Source: Antedon mediterranea
Lineage: Eukaryota; Animalia; Echinodermata
Assembly: GCF_964355755.1 (NCBI RefSeq)
Contig: NC_092676.1
Coordinates: 14,278,871 to 14,342,870, forward strand
Length of the DNA: 64,000 nt
Direction: 5' to 3'
Of this stretch, positions 12,430-25,818 are shown piece after piece; position 1 is the first letter of the stretch, and the number at the start of each line of letters is the position of its first letter. The notes under the pieces were generated by a model that was given only the letters and a program-made list of their open reading frames with translations, was not told the DNA's origin and did no database searches. The position numbers were made by a program, and so were the translations under genes.

Positions 12430-12713
12430 AGTGAGGGTGTGTGGATTACTGATCGTGAGATCGTGGTTCGAATCCAACTCTCACCGCATTGCTTGTATTC
12501 TTATTCAAGACACTTTACTTATTTGCCTATCTCAACCCAGGTGTATAAAATGGGTACCACTTAGATCAGGACACAACTTTGCGCTGATTACTAGCTGCAT
12601 TTTTATGAGAGTATGTTTCCATATGTGTTTGATCCAAAAAATGAACGGAGTAATAATGTTCAGCACATTGAGAGCTTGCTTATATGCACTATAAGAATGA
12701 ATTATTATTATTA
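12430..12713 (+). mobile_element. tRNA-derived CORE/V-type SINE with L2-like tail
   Basis: B box GGTTCGAATCC, core CAAGACACTTTAC...CCCAGGTGTATAAAATGGGTAC and an (ATT)n tail. Confidence 0.7.
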
Positions 12714-13529
12714 TGTGGGGTAAAGAATTCGGATACAGGCAGCCATTTAAAATAAAGAATGAACCGTGTGATAAGATTAGCGTACTAAACAGTTAAAATC
12801 ATGTGTCATATTACAAGATGCGCTGTAGATGTACCAAAGTGCGACTTGGTAATTTACATCATTATTAGTTGATACACAATCTGCGTGTATTGCTAAACCT
12901 AACCTCCGACTCCACCCTCTAGCAAACTATATTCACAATGTTTTTTTGCTTCCTTATAGCAATACAAAGACATTGTGTAACTTGGTAACTACATATATTG
13001 GAATAATATTTGTGACAAAATATCCAGACTACCCATATTGGCGAATTGGCCATATGAATAAAGTGATAATTTGGTCTCAAATTAATCGCAAGGTATATGT
13101 TTATACTGTATTTCCAATAATACAAATCTTTTAAATGTCAATTAGCCCCTTATTGTGGGTCTATACCATTGACATATAGCCAGCACAATTGTCGCATTTT
13201 ACATTTCTCAGAAATTGTTGGGCGAATGTTGGTGTCAAAATACTCAAAAGATGCATAATTCTATTCACTCTAATGGACAACTTTTTGTGACTGAAACTAT
13301 ATTTTTGACCAATAGTCAAGAAAATGGCCATATCAATGTATCGGCAACCACTGATTAGTAAGTTTTAGTCTCAAATTACTTGCAAAGTATATATTTATAT
13401 AAATTATGCTCTAATACAATAAAAATACACACAATTTTCAAAAAAGCACCTTACTGTTCAATAATAATATTTTTTTTATATCTGTTTTATATAATATACC
13501 TATGGTGTAACAGAAATTTATTTTTTATT

Positions 13530-13896
13530 TATTTATTTATTCTGTATATAAAAATATATTACAAAACAACAGTCAAGGACTGAAATGAATTGTATTACAA
13601 ATAAATAAAAATTAGTTAAAATTGCTACAAAAATAGAAACATCTTAAAATTATAAAACATACATGAATAAAAAACCTTAATACATTCACTTATTACATAT
13701 CTAAAAAAGAGCTAGTGGTGCCTATTAATTTTATCCACCATGGTGGGAACTGGAGACGACCTAGTCTGCTGGTTTTACAATGAGGTACTTCTAGAAAGCG
13801 GTTGAATCTGAGAGACCGAGCTGGCTGATGAAGAGGGGGAAGTATTTCTCTAAACATCTCGGATTTGAATAAGCCTTCCCCGAAAGACAAATTCAA
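13530..13896 (-). mobile_element. 3' fragment of an L2/Crack-like LINE
   Basis: ORF2 C-terminal-like peptide FREILPP...RSLR...VPHCKTSR followed by an AT-rich tail with (AAAT)n. Confidence 0.5.
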
Positions 13897-13898
13897 TA

Positions 13899-13962
13899 GG
13901 TTCTATAGTGTAATAGTTCGCACTCTGAATCTAGTGATCCAAGTTCAGGTCTTGGTAGAACG
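13899..13962 (+). pseudogene. tRNA-Gln pseudogene (second 5' half near 14011)
   Basis: GGTTCTATAGTGTAATAGTTCGCACTCTGAATCTAGTGATCCAAGTTCAGGTCTTGGTAGAAC aligns by eye to metazoan tRNA-Gln with an anticodon-arm deletion. Confidence 0.65.
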
Positions 13963-14076
13963 TTTAATTTTGTATTTTTTTTATAATTCCCTTTTAGTTA
14001 ATTTGTCGTCGGTTCTATGGTATAAAGGTTAATACTCTAGACTATACTCCGCTATTTCATCGGGTACATGGAATAA

Positions 14077-15002
14077 TAGGCTAGTCAATGTATCATTTTG
14101 AGTGAAACAAATTGCAAACAGATTTTTTAAATGATTACATATGATGAAGAGATCAAAATTTGAGCATCACACCTCTGTCACTCATCCTCATGATATGCAA
14201 ATTAGCTTAAATATGCAAATTAGGGTGAAATTACAGGATTACCATATCTCAAAAACTACTAGTCCGAGAGAGTTGATTTTAATTCATTTTGAGACTAATC
14301 AGTCGTATGTTGGCTCTTAGAAATCTCTATCCGAGTCATTTGAGGGCAAAACAAAGTCTCTACAGACATTTTAGTTTCATATATATATGCAATATTGAGA
14401 AATGGGGTCGAGGGTCAAATGTCATACTTCCGGTCAATTTTTGGTAAAATGTTTCATTGAAGCAAATAGAAATATGTACATTCTGAATACGGCTGTGAAA
14501 AAATTAACTCTCTAGCATTAGTGGTTTTCGAGATATAGAACAACTCTAATTTCACCCACTTATTTGCATATTTTATTCAAATTATACTACTAATTTGCAT
14601 ACTTTAGAGGTGTGTGATTTTGGGAATTACAAAGTGGTCCTATGCTGGCTATTAGGAACCTATTCCTGGGTCATTTGAGGGCGAAATAAAGTCTCTACAT
14701 ACATTTTAGTCACATTGTGTATGCAAACATTGAGAAATGGGGTCGAAGGTCAAATTCTGTACTTCCAGTCATTTTTTCGTAAAATGTTTTATTAGAGTAA
14801 ATATAAATATATACATTTTGAATAAATCAGTGACAAAATCAACTCTCTCGAACTAGTAGTTTTTGAGATATGGTAACCTTGTAATGTCACCCTTATTTGC
14901 ATATTTAAGCTAATATATATGACCATTTAAAAAAGAAAAATCTCTGTTTGCAATTTGTTTCACTTTGGGCTGTTTTTTTTTTTTGCTAGATTGACTAGCC
15001 TA
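14077..15002. mobile_element. Non-autonomous TIR element with TAG...CTA termini
   Basis: TAGGCTAGTCAAT...ATTGACTAGCCTA plus inverted GTGAAACAAATTGCAAACAGA; internal ~340-bp duplication; no clear TSD. Confidence 0.65.
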
Positions 15003-15389
15003 CCGTATAACGTTTGTCCAAATTATTCAATAATTTAGTGTAGTTAATTAGAGTATACGGTTTAATGGTTAGTAGTTCAATGAGTTATTCAATAGTTTAC
15101 ACGGAGGTGTTTGTTTTTTTTTTTGCTTTACGCGCCGCGGCTTTAGCCAGCTATATCCCCAGAGGACTACTAATTCATAAGCTATATCAAGCAGAAAGCT
15201 TATTATCTACGGCTGACATTTTTGATATCTTGTAAACTCGACTAATTGATCGGTCCAAGCTGCTGGACCCAAAAAACGTCTTGGAAAAGAGAATCTATGA
15301 GGGCTCACGGTTGAACGATTTTGGATTCTCGCCCTTTGATAGGTTGACTTGCCGCGAATAGATTATTTAAGAGATTTTATATATTCTAA

Positions 15390-15600
15390 GACTAGAGGTC
15401 ATCATTGATTGTAAGGAAGAAGTCTTTTGCTTCTCGCGTCGTGAATGATTGAAACTCCATTCCAAGTGAAGTTGTTTGTCGGGGTTCTGTCAATAAGTTT
15501 AAAGCTGGTATTGAGAAGTTCTGGTCTGGCCACCATTTAAAGTTCTGCCCGTATAAAGTCGGAAGAGGATGCAGTAATGTTTGAGGGAGATTCAAGGTAA
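15390..15600 (+). mobile_element. 3' fragment of a CR1-like LINE
   Basis: Translates as VRKKSFASRVVND*NSIPSEVV...FKAGIEKFW, the typical CR1 ORF2 C-terminus. Confidence 0.55.
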
Positions 15601-16129
15601 ATTCAAGGAATCAACATAAAGTCACAATGTAATGAGGACTGCATGTCCAACACACGGGAAAATAATGTATTGACATTTTTTTAATATTAGGTTAAATAAA
15701 CACTCTTTTTTATTTTATAAATCCAGAGGCAAATTACTGAAAAAATGACAATGCTGTGGATCTACAAAATTATGGAACTTTCTACCTAACAAAATAAAAA
15801 ATGATCTTTATGATATGACAGTAATTATCAACTTTCAAATCACAAATTTCAAAACTTTAATTTTAATTCAAAACTAAATCTAATTAATGCTCAATGATTA
15901 AAACTTCTTTTATCTTGTTTCAAAATCTCAATTATTTATGTTTTAGCCTTTAAATGTGCTTACTTTAATTGTGTTAATTTGATTTTGATAATTTTAGGTT
16001 TAATTTTATATTTTCTTTTGTCCATTTATATACTGTATTTTGTTTACATTTATGTAGTGCAGTACATTGTATTGAAAGTGTATTTCAGAATAAAGAAAGA
16101 TTAAATAAATAAATAAATCAGTGGCTGAT

Positions 16130-16603
16130 ATGTGGTACGGCGGAACAACACTAGTCGTCAGTTGTACGCACGCGCAACAGAGATCAAATTGATACGCCCT
16201 CATCTTTCAGTATTTTTATTCACGAGGCGGGGATCTCCGAAGAGATACTTTTATATATATAAACACAACAGGCAAAGAACATTAATTCTAAACCGCCCGG
16301 TGATATACTGAAATTTAATTAATTAATTTGAAACGATAAAGATGAGGAAATCTGTGAGAATGAGAAAAAGTCGCCCCAACCGAGACTCGAACTCGGACAG
16401 CCTGCTTGATATGCAGATGTCTTAACCATTAGACCACTGGGGCTTTCATGGTATTGTTCGAACTCGATTGGATAGCGACTCTTTAACATTCAAATTGATA
16501 CGCCCTCATCTTTCAGTATTTTTATTCACGAGGCGGGATCTCCGAAGAGATACTTTTATATATATAAACACAACAGGCAAAGAACATTAATTCTAAACCG
16601 CCC
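16130..16603 (-). repeat. Dispersed, circularly permuted copy of the tRNA-carrying ~365-bp element
   Basis: Reverse complement of the 4514-5777 unit; 16492-16603 repeats part of 16186-16280 and includes the TA junction. Confidence 0.9.
16372..16443 (-). tRNA. tRNA-like gene, anticodon ATC, best-preserved copy
   Basis: GCCCCAGTGGTCTAATGGTTAAGACATCTGCATATCAAGCAGGCTGTCCGAGTTCGAGTCTCGGTTGGGGCG followed by ACTTTTT; all four stems pair. Confidence 0.55.
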
Positions 16604-18136
16604 ATTCATTCCTCTGATTCAACTGGCTATATGATGACATCACAGCATCCTGTATCTACAATTTTACAGCTTCCATAATAAGTTTTAATCATGACCACCA
16701 GAATTCATAATAATCATGACTGTCACTTTAAATCAAAAGTAGTTATAAAGAAATAAAATAAATTGAAAAGATGAAATCTTGTTAGCCACATTATTTACAT
16801 TTCCAACATTATGACATCATCAAAATTAATACTGGGTTTCCCCAAAAACAGAAAGATAATTAAATGCAGCAACTATACAATGTCAGGCTAGACCTAAAGC
16901 TAGCGTACAATGTTATTATAGGATCACAAGTATGCACGTGTCACTTGCATGTGATGGAGAACATGCCTTTTCTAAATATTGTTTTTAATTTTGATAATAC
17001 AAGAGAATATATTCTGTGTCTTTGATAATTTTAATAATGTGTACATTAAAATGAAAGTGGGATGAGCCCATAAAAGACACAAAAAAAAAAGAAATGTTGG
17101 AAACTTGAGACAAAATGTTATTTTATTTTATGAAATAAAATGTAAAATTCAATTGCAATGAAGTTTGATAATGAAAAATCACATTCGTCATATTTATTTT
17201 CTATTTTATTCACTGCAATGCTTGAGTAGCCAGATGTCAACACATTTAATAAATAATCATCGTACACAAATAATCTAGAGCATGGCCTTCATGTTTATAG
17301 TAATACTAATAACCCAATACAGCATGCAAAATTCATTTATTTCACACACCACATACTGTAATATGGATTGATTAAATAAAAATACTATTGTTGATATTAA
17401 TCATATATCAAATCAAATGTCTCTCAGGATAAGGACACTACACGCATGTTCCACTTTTGGAAAAAGTAACAATTGATTCATTTTCCATACCCTTTTGCCT
17501 AGACTAAACTTGAATAAATCAAAATTTTAACTTTAAGATTACATTTTTACCAAAATTGACATATATACATTTGAAATTTTATATATGTATATCTAATGCT
17601 ATGACAATTTGATTGGGTTCGGTTTGAATAGAGTATTATACAATATTTATTCATGTCAAAGCATTCACAGTAAAACGTTGAGACTCTTTCTCATCAACAT
17701 TTTTTAAAACTAACCTCCCAAACTAACCCAGAGTCCTGAAATCAACTGCCAAGATCGAGTACTCTGATGTAATCTAGTTCTGTTCAAACTTCAAAATCTT
17801 CTAGTGTGAAGAATTTTACTTTGTAAAAATAACAGTCTTGGCCAAGATTAAGAAAATCTTTTGCACCAGTTAAAAGCCAAATTAACTGGTGTCATTCCTG
17901 GTTTACCAAATCGGTAAAACGGAAATTCATCTGGACACAGATTTATAGCATAGCAGAGTAAGGTATATTTACTGCAAAAATTTTGGGTTCTTAAAAGCTT
18001 CAATCACATTTCTAAAAACAATATTACAAAACCAAGCAAGCATAATGGGAGAACACAAATTGCACACCAACCACATGTTCTTTCTCCATAAGTTGTCTGG
18101 CTTATCTTAACATCTACTGTTGTTATAAAGGTGGTA

Positions 18137-21100
18137 TCATTGTGTAATAACATTATCTGTTGTTTCATTGTTACTCTTATTTTCTTCATCATCCACATCT
18201 TCTTTCTCCATAAGTTGTTTGGCTTTCCGTATGTAATATGCTTCATCATAGTGCTGCTTGCGTTTCATTTTAAACTGACTTTTTTTTACTAAATCAATAA
18301 AAATAAAAAGCAGTTTAACCATGACAACAAAAATCAAAGCATTAAAATCCAATAAAACAAACAAGTTGACAATAGTATTTAAACAACAGTGCAACATATG
18401 ATAATAGTAGGCATTACCAGCACTCAAAAACACAGCTCAACATAAATTGAATTAATTAAATTTATTATTTATCTAATGATAATTCTGTAGGAAAAGTGAT
18501 TTGTCACAAAGGAAGGCAAAATGAATATGTCACAAACATTTTTACTACAGTTAGAATCTAGGACACCATATAAAGAGGACATGGCCTCCCCTATTCAAGA
18601 ACATTTTGAGGGTCGCGATGGTTTCTTCTTTATAGGGTTGTACTGTAGAACTACAGTATAACAAATTTTAATTACAAGTGACTTTCTAGGCCTATTGTGT
18701 AAAATGAGTATGAAAGAGTCAAATTCACTTCACTTTTACTTTGAATAATTATGTTCGAATCACATTGAAATCTAACCATACTGATTGAAACCAACAGTAG
18801 TTATAAATAGATCAAAATCTACATTTTATTTGTTTGATATTATAATACTGCCGTTTGATCTTTGTGAAAATAAATACTGTACATATAAAACTAGGATCAG
18901 CTCAAAAGTATCAAAACGATTATATTCATTTCTGGGCATAAACTGATTTATACCTTGTTCCTCTTCTGTTAAAGATTCCTCTTCTTCTTCACTTGAAGTT
19001 TCTTCTCCAGGTTCCTTCTCCCACCATCTTTTCTTCACTGAACTGTCATTAAACAATCTGTATAAAAATTTTAAAAAAATTTGTTTTAGATTTTGTCAAT
19101 CGCTATAATTCTATTTTTAACAGGATGTTCCTGGACTCCTTAATTAGAACAAACACAGATTTTGGGATGAAAATTTGGATGAATCTGTAATCTAAAGTTG
19201 AGTTTCTGCAGCTGTAAATTGTCCGATGAAATTACTGTTCATATTATTAATGTTATTACTTGGTTTAATCAATTAATCAAGACAAAATTGCCCTGTAATT
19301 ATCAAATGTATTATAAATTGGCCAAATCTGATAAAATATGAGCCTATAGAAAACTTCCTGTCAGCTCAACATACTGTACATCTAATATTGAATGAATGTA
19401 CTAGATTTTGATTTTTAATGCAAAAGACAGATTTAATTTATAAAATATCAAATCATATCAAAAACGTAACACTTTGACTGCCAAACACGAAGATCTTCGT
19501 TTTTGGAAACACAACGCTTGACTGCCAAACACGTTTTTCGCGTTTTTTTACGAAATCCGGTAGATAGGTTAATTATTGGTATATACTATAAATATGGACA
19601 CTATATTCGGTCTGGACCGTGAATATTTTACTTTTTGAAAGTAACTAATCTGGTTACGAACGATTGTCAAAATGGTACCTGTCGAAATAACATACACCGC
19701 GCATCACAGTAGCGCGTACAGCGATGGTTTGGCGCATTGTGTATCGGTCGCGCGCTAGCTATGCCGCCGAAGCATTACAAAGGTTTATGTGGATTGGCAT
19801 GTTTGTTTGTTATCTGAATAAAAAATAATGGATGAATTTTCAATATGAAGTCTTTAATTTTATTATTGTATGTATACCCTAATTGTTTTGGTGTTTCACT
19901 GTAAGTGGCCGAGTTTCACGCAACAAACTTGTTTAGAAATGGTATGAATATTATCATCAGTTTACTAGCTAGGCTAGTAGTACTAGGCTATAGCCTAGGC
20001 CTAGTCGTAAAATGGTTCCGGACCAACTTTAGGCCTAGTTAACAAGGACTGGTTTCTTTACTATGTGGATTTTGGCGAAACATTGATGTAAGATTTATGA
20101 TTTATAAAATGTTATACATTTTTCGATAGTGATAACTTGTTTTTATAGGCCTACCGGTGCCGTGTAAGTAACCTTTTCGTTGTTTGTTGATCTCACCGGG
20201 CGATATTTTCATATTGTGATGTCTTGCACAAAATCGCGAATATCTCGACTTTCTTGCGCGAAACTACGAAAAACTAAAAAAGTGGGTTACTTTCATTTTA
20301 CTATTACGATTTACATATTGCGATTCGAAAATCGTTCTTGGTACCATTGTAAAGCTAAAATCTTTATGATTATTTTAGTCTAAATTACATGTAAATCAGA
20401 TCACATACATAGTTTCAATCAGCTTTAATAAAAACATCGAATTGGGCTATAAACGCTGGCGGTGGCAGTTTCTAACTGGAAAAACCTCTGGCAGTCAAAG
20501 TGTTAATTAGTAATGTTGGCATTTTAAAACAAAAATATTTCTCCGACTTACTTTTGACAAAGTAAATCTGATGATATACCACCCTGTTCATCTTCATTTT
20601 CACTCAAGGGTTCACCATCATCATCAGCTGCATTATACTTATTGTAAGGTGTGTCTGGTTCATCTATCTTCATATGTCCATAGTCTTTATCAGCAGGATG
20701 GTTTGTTGCTAATATGTTCATCTCATCCCATTTAATTCCATCTCTGTAATTATTTTTAGGTGATAATTCAGAATATTGTTACTGTATACATCTTTCTTCT
20801 TAATTCTTTCTGTAGAGATTTTGTGTACTGATTATCTGAAAAACTTAAATCTCAATGGCTTTTAAATTTTCACCATACTTTTATCATAATGAAACTTATC
20901 TTTAGCCACGGCGATTAAAATAATTATCATGAGGAGTTTTCTTAGTCTTAATTAATAAGAGATCGTACCGGGATAGAAAGATAGGATTTTCATCCGATGC
21001 GATGGCCTATTTGAAGAACCCCACTAACAGACGTGTTTCGTAAAATCCCTATTAATAAGAGACAATCATGACTAATGTACAAAGAAATGGGCCCGATTGT

Positions 21101-21343
21101 CTCTATGATGGGCCCAATCGTCCATGCCCATGTTTATACTCCCTCCAAACCGTCCCCACCCCCACCTCCACCTAGCTATAAAATCACGAATATAAATTTC
21201 TATCTAGTCTAGTAGGCCTAGCTAGGCCTATTCTAGGCTAGACTAAGCCTACGTACGTACTCAGCTTTATTGTCTGGATTTTCAAAATGACCAGGAGGTT
21301 TTAAAATACTTTTTTTAGGTTGCTGATTTAACTTTTCAGCCAT
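18137..21343 (-). CDS. PPP1R2: Protein phosphatase 1 inhibitor-2, 4 exons, 176 aa
   Basis: Exons 21343-21261, 20743-20552, 19057-18954 and 18288-18137 join in phase. Motifs: [46 protein letters not shown]. Confidence 0.95.
19470..20502. mobile_element. Non-autonomous piggyBac-like element in PPP1R2 intron 2
   Basis: 14-bp TIR CACTTTGACTGCCA/TGGCAGTCAAAGTG, flanked by GTAA (left) and TTAA (right). Confidence 0.75.
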
Positions 21344-21705
21344 TTTAGATTTCAAAGTTGTATTTTTCCAACAACATTATGGCTAGCTGTCTGCTGTGTG
21401 GGTGGCTGGCCGGCTGTGTTTAAAGTGCTAGTGCCACACTTTCGACAAATACGACATTTACTATTATCAGTATCAAGAATAATATATGTAGATACTGTGT
21501 TAAATTGAGTTTCAATAATAAAGTGTTATATATATGAAAAAAAAAGCAATATGTGTGTCGTTATTTGGTCACGAAATGTTACCTTTCGACATTTGTATGT
21601 GACGTCACAGCCAGAACACCGACGATCGCGAGGAGGAACTAACCTGCATCTTGCGCCTTATAACACACCCCGCGGCGATCACAACAAGCTTACTGAATAT
21701 TTGTT

Positions 21706-22762
21706 ATGGATTCCGAAAGCGATTTAGAAAGTGTTTCATCAGATAGACCAAGTAGTAGTAGTTCATCATCAAGTGATGAGGAAAATGGTACTGGCCTTAT
21801 AATACCATATAATTTCGAACCACGTTTTGAGGAACATGAATTACAAGACATTGATGAAGAAGCCCAAGGTGAAGATGTTGACATGATGGCTGCACGCCTG
21901 GATAATTTAGAATGGTAGGTGTTCCCCCGTTGTGGTTGTTGTAGTGAAGCGTCTGCTTGATTGGGCTAGGCCTAATTAATCAATCGAAGCTAGAGCTACC
22001 TCAGTGTTTCTAAATTCTAAATATACAATCGGTTTTTTTTTCAAATTTTGTGAGATGCCATACGTTAATATAAAGTCCCCATCGTAATTTGTTTGATGAT
22101 TATTATTAGATGGGTCGGATTTGGGACGGTGGTTTAATAATAATAGGCTACTCCTTGCTTGGCTTGGGTTTGGTTATAATAATAGATGGACTAGGCCTAA
22201 AGTATTAATATTAATATTCTGGTCATAGTTCAAATGGGCATTTGAATTTCACTTGATTGAGTGACTGCTGATATGATCAACTAATTATAATCATAATAAT
22301 TAATTTTATAATGACTAAATACATGTTTTCATCTTGTTCAGGTGTTCCTGTGAACATTGCCAAATCATGGGCTCAGGGGAAGAGTGCATCTGCTGCAAGG
22401 AGTGCGAAAACACAAGTGCTAAACTTGAAGACAATGTCAATCTGTTCAACAATGATGCTCCATTCTCCTGCATCACAAATCATCCAGGTTTCAAGTCTGT
22501 TGCTCTTGACCCTTGGGTGCTGGAAGTAGCATGGCTTTCGTATAAGCAACACTATGATAAGAAAGTTATCTATAACGGACCAAAAAACAAAAAGTACCGT
22601 CACATATCGTACAGACAGTATGCCCGATGGATACATGGATATGTCGGAAAAAATATCCGTATAGTGCTTCCGTCTTGTGTTGTCTCTTGCATAAGAGCAC
22701 ATTTCCCACCACCTGGAGATGACCCAGTGTTTACAGGATTTAAATTACCCGACCTAAATTAA
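21706..22762 (+). CDS. KolX accessory protein (P2X7 cytoplasmic ballast/Nanor-like Cys-rich domain), 2 exons, 209 aa
   Basis: Exons 21706-21914 and 22342-22762 give PYNFEP...RLDNLEWCSCEHC...ECICC...CITNHPGF..VAL...YRHISYRQYARWIHG...RIVLPSCVVSCIRAHFP...FTGFK. Confidence 0.9.
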
Positions 22763-23042
22763 AACAGCCATAGCAGCATTTTAATTTTCTTATACTATTT
22801 AGTATTAGTTTAATAATTTTTTGAAATTAAATAAAGTACAGTAATAATTTATACAATTTGCAACTCATTTTGATTTTATTGCTTCTCTCACTCATATACA
22901 TCTCCAATACATTGTTATTGGGGAAAAAATGAAATAGTCTGAAAATACAGTACATTGTGGATATTTCAACAATTTTATTATGTCTACAATAATATGCTGT
23001 GTTCAATTCATTTATATGATTAATAAACATGGTGTCAAGTTA

Positions 23043-25818
23043 TTACTGGTTTTTAAACCGGCTTGTATGTTGGGCAACTGCAGCACTTTTTTCAGGTCTT
23101 TCAAATGCTGCGCACAATGATGGTGGTATGGTCTCTGTAAATGCATCTAGATTTGGTTCCATAACAACCTCAAGAAGACTCTTGAACAACTCATCAACAT
23201 AATTATATGTACATTCTGTTAAAAGTTTTTTAACAATGTAACCCCCTTTCTTGTACTTGGGAAATGATATTACGTATTGCTTTTCTCCAGCCTTATTTAC
23301 CATTTGTTCTCTGGTACTGTTCTCATTATAGTGAAGAGCAGCTATGAAAAGTCGACTCTTCATTCCACTATATGAAAAGTGGAACATTTTAGGAGCGAAA
23401 TGATTAATAAGGCTATGGTACCCTTCCACTGATGACGTTTGCCCATGAGGTGAAGAATTGCGAATGTCCTTCACCAACATTTTGGTTTCAACAAATTTTT
23501 GTAAGGCATCACAAGCTTCAGTATCAGCAGTCAACCACTTTGTTAACCGTTGGTCTGAAGGAGACATTACCGGATGGGCACATTCCGTATATGGTTCAGG
23601 ATGTCCAGTATGAAGATTTTGTACATGTCTTACCACAGACTTCCACTTTGCTTCAATGATATCTTTTTCATCAATGTTGGTGGACATTACACACCAGTAA
23701 TAATGGTTAGAAATAGATTTTTGCCAATTACCTAAAAGGTTACACGATTTTTTTGTTGATATGGCCTGGATCTTTTTCTTAATACTTTTTGCAATGTGCC
23801 AGCAGTCAAAATAATGCTTAATGTCTGGAAAATTATCCCTTAAATATTTTTGTAGTTGTCTATGTCTATCGGAAACAATTGTACTTATATTTACTTTGAA
23901 ATCTTTAAAGACATCCAATGTTTTTTGTAGACCCTTAAGTTCCATATGATAAGATGATTTAACATCACTACTCTGAACTAATTCAACATTCAAAATCTTA
24001 TTTTCGGTCAAGTCAACTGATGTGTATGAACCATATTTTGCACTGTGGCCCATACTGTCACAGCGTCCATCTACGCCAATAGAAATATCCTTGCCCTGTA
24101 ATTCAGCAAAGTGCTTATCCCTTTTAGAAAACCAATTATTCCTTACAACTCTGTGCAAGAAATTTTGTTGGTGACGGAAAAAAGTACGTTTACTAATGGC
24201 GCTCACATTTATACTTTTTAGCGCTCTTAAAAATTGTGTGGGTGTTGAGCCAGAAAAAAGAATAGCCCCACTTAGTAGAATGTTACCCATTGGGGTACCT
24301 CTAGCTTCTGGCTGACTTTTCCACTCGCGGTTAGTGTGGCAACATAAGCATCTTATGTTTGCAATAAGCATGCTTCCCTTGTTACGACAACATACTTGAA
24401 CTTTACTGGAAAAACAGGAAAGGCATATAGAAAGTAGCATCAGTAGGTGATTGTGAAAAACAATGTATTTTGGCTGTCTATGTGCATCCCCATTAAATCC
24501 TTTCATCTCATCATCTTCCATCTCTGTATCCTCACCATCTGAAACCGATACATCCTCTTCCGGTCGATAATCTGAATCGCTATCATCTTCTGTCGACTCA
24601 TCAAAATCTTCATCATCTTCATCAGACGATTGTTCTTTGTATGTTGGTTTGGCTTTTTTGGGTGCCACGACTTTAGCTTTGCTCATTTTTCGTCGCCGAA
24701 CACGTTTTCTTTGCTTTCGTGTCTGTGTGCCTCTGGACACCATAAGAGGCTTATCGCATACACTTGCCAGCTCCTGTTCATCCTCTTCCTCATCCTCTGT
24801 TCCAGTAATAAGCTCCCTGATCACTCCCGCCTTTTCTCTTTTAACAAATGCTGACCTGTTGGAATGAATATTAATACTATTAATAAATAAATATCAGACA
24901 AACCTAAACATTTTTTCTTTTATTTATTGAATCTATTACACTAACCTCTGTGCTGTACACTCTTTGGCCACCTGACCACCATCGTCGGATGTCTCCCTCA
25001 CAACATGTATTGTTGGTACCGCTGTTTTGGCATTCAGTAAAAGCCTAAAAGTAGTGAGGAAACCGTTGTCTAGTTAATATTAAGGGCAAAATAACGTAAG
25101 CAATATAATTATAATATAGTTGTTAGTTCCCACTTACACCGACAGGACATTCTCCTACTGAGCATAATAGTGTAGGCATTGACTAACCTCCATCATGTTT
25201 GTACAGCATTCAGTAGTACTAATTAGGCCTGGCTAGGCTAGCCCTTATCCCATTATTATTAATGTAATAAGCCAAATACATAACAACTAGGTTAGGCCTA
25301 GTTGAGTTATCTGTGTGGTGTAGGCAAAACTGTTACTATTACTTATTAATTATGTTAAGTTTATTTAAAGATAAACCAACATAAAGTAAATACTATACAT
25401 ATATATCAGGCGGAGCAACTGTACTCTGTATGTATGTACAGTAGTTTTAATGTTACTGCAAATTATGTGCCGGCGCGCCTAGAAGCTAGGCTTGGCCCAG
25501 CGGGCCCAGCAGGCCTAACAATAGCGACGGCGAACGTATTTTATGCAGTTTTTGTTGAAGGTAAAATATTAAAAGTAAATTCATCTAATTAACAAATACT
25601 TACTTTGTAGCTAGACCAGCTTTGAATTGACCCATGTTTGTAAATGAATCGTCTGAAAAATGCTTAAAACAGAGCACTGATCGAGCTGTGGGTTTCCATT
25701 TATCGCGTTTTGTACGTACAAATCGCGTCCATTGCCTGGCGATGGAACTGTCCTTTGGCCACCGAAACAATAAGTTATTTTCATGATCACAATTCGCAGC
25801 AACACAGCGAGAAGGCAT
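23043..25818 (-). CDS. Kolobok transposase with N-terminal THAP domain, 3 exons, 708 aa
   Basis: Exons 25818-25604, 25044-24946 and 24855-23043 join in phase without stops. THAP (CVAANC..FRWP..W..LCFKHF..AVPTI), acidic linker, CxxC..CxxC, and DDE core DGRCDSMGHSAKY / SDRH / DCWH / TSSVEGYHS. Confidence 0.92.

Noticed and set aside
23043-25818. Host THAP-domain gene plus a P2X7 receptor gene
   Set aside because: Both ORFs lie inside TIRs with a TTAA TSD and there is no P2X channel domain, so they are transposon genes.
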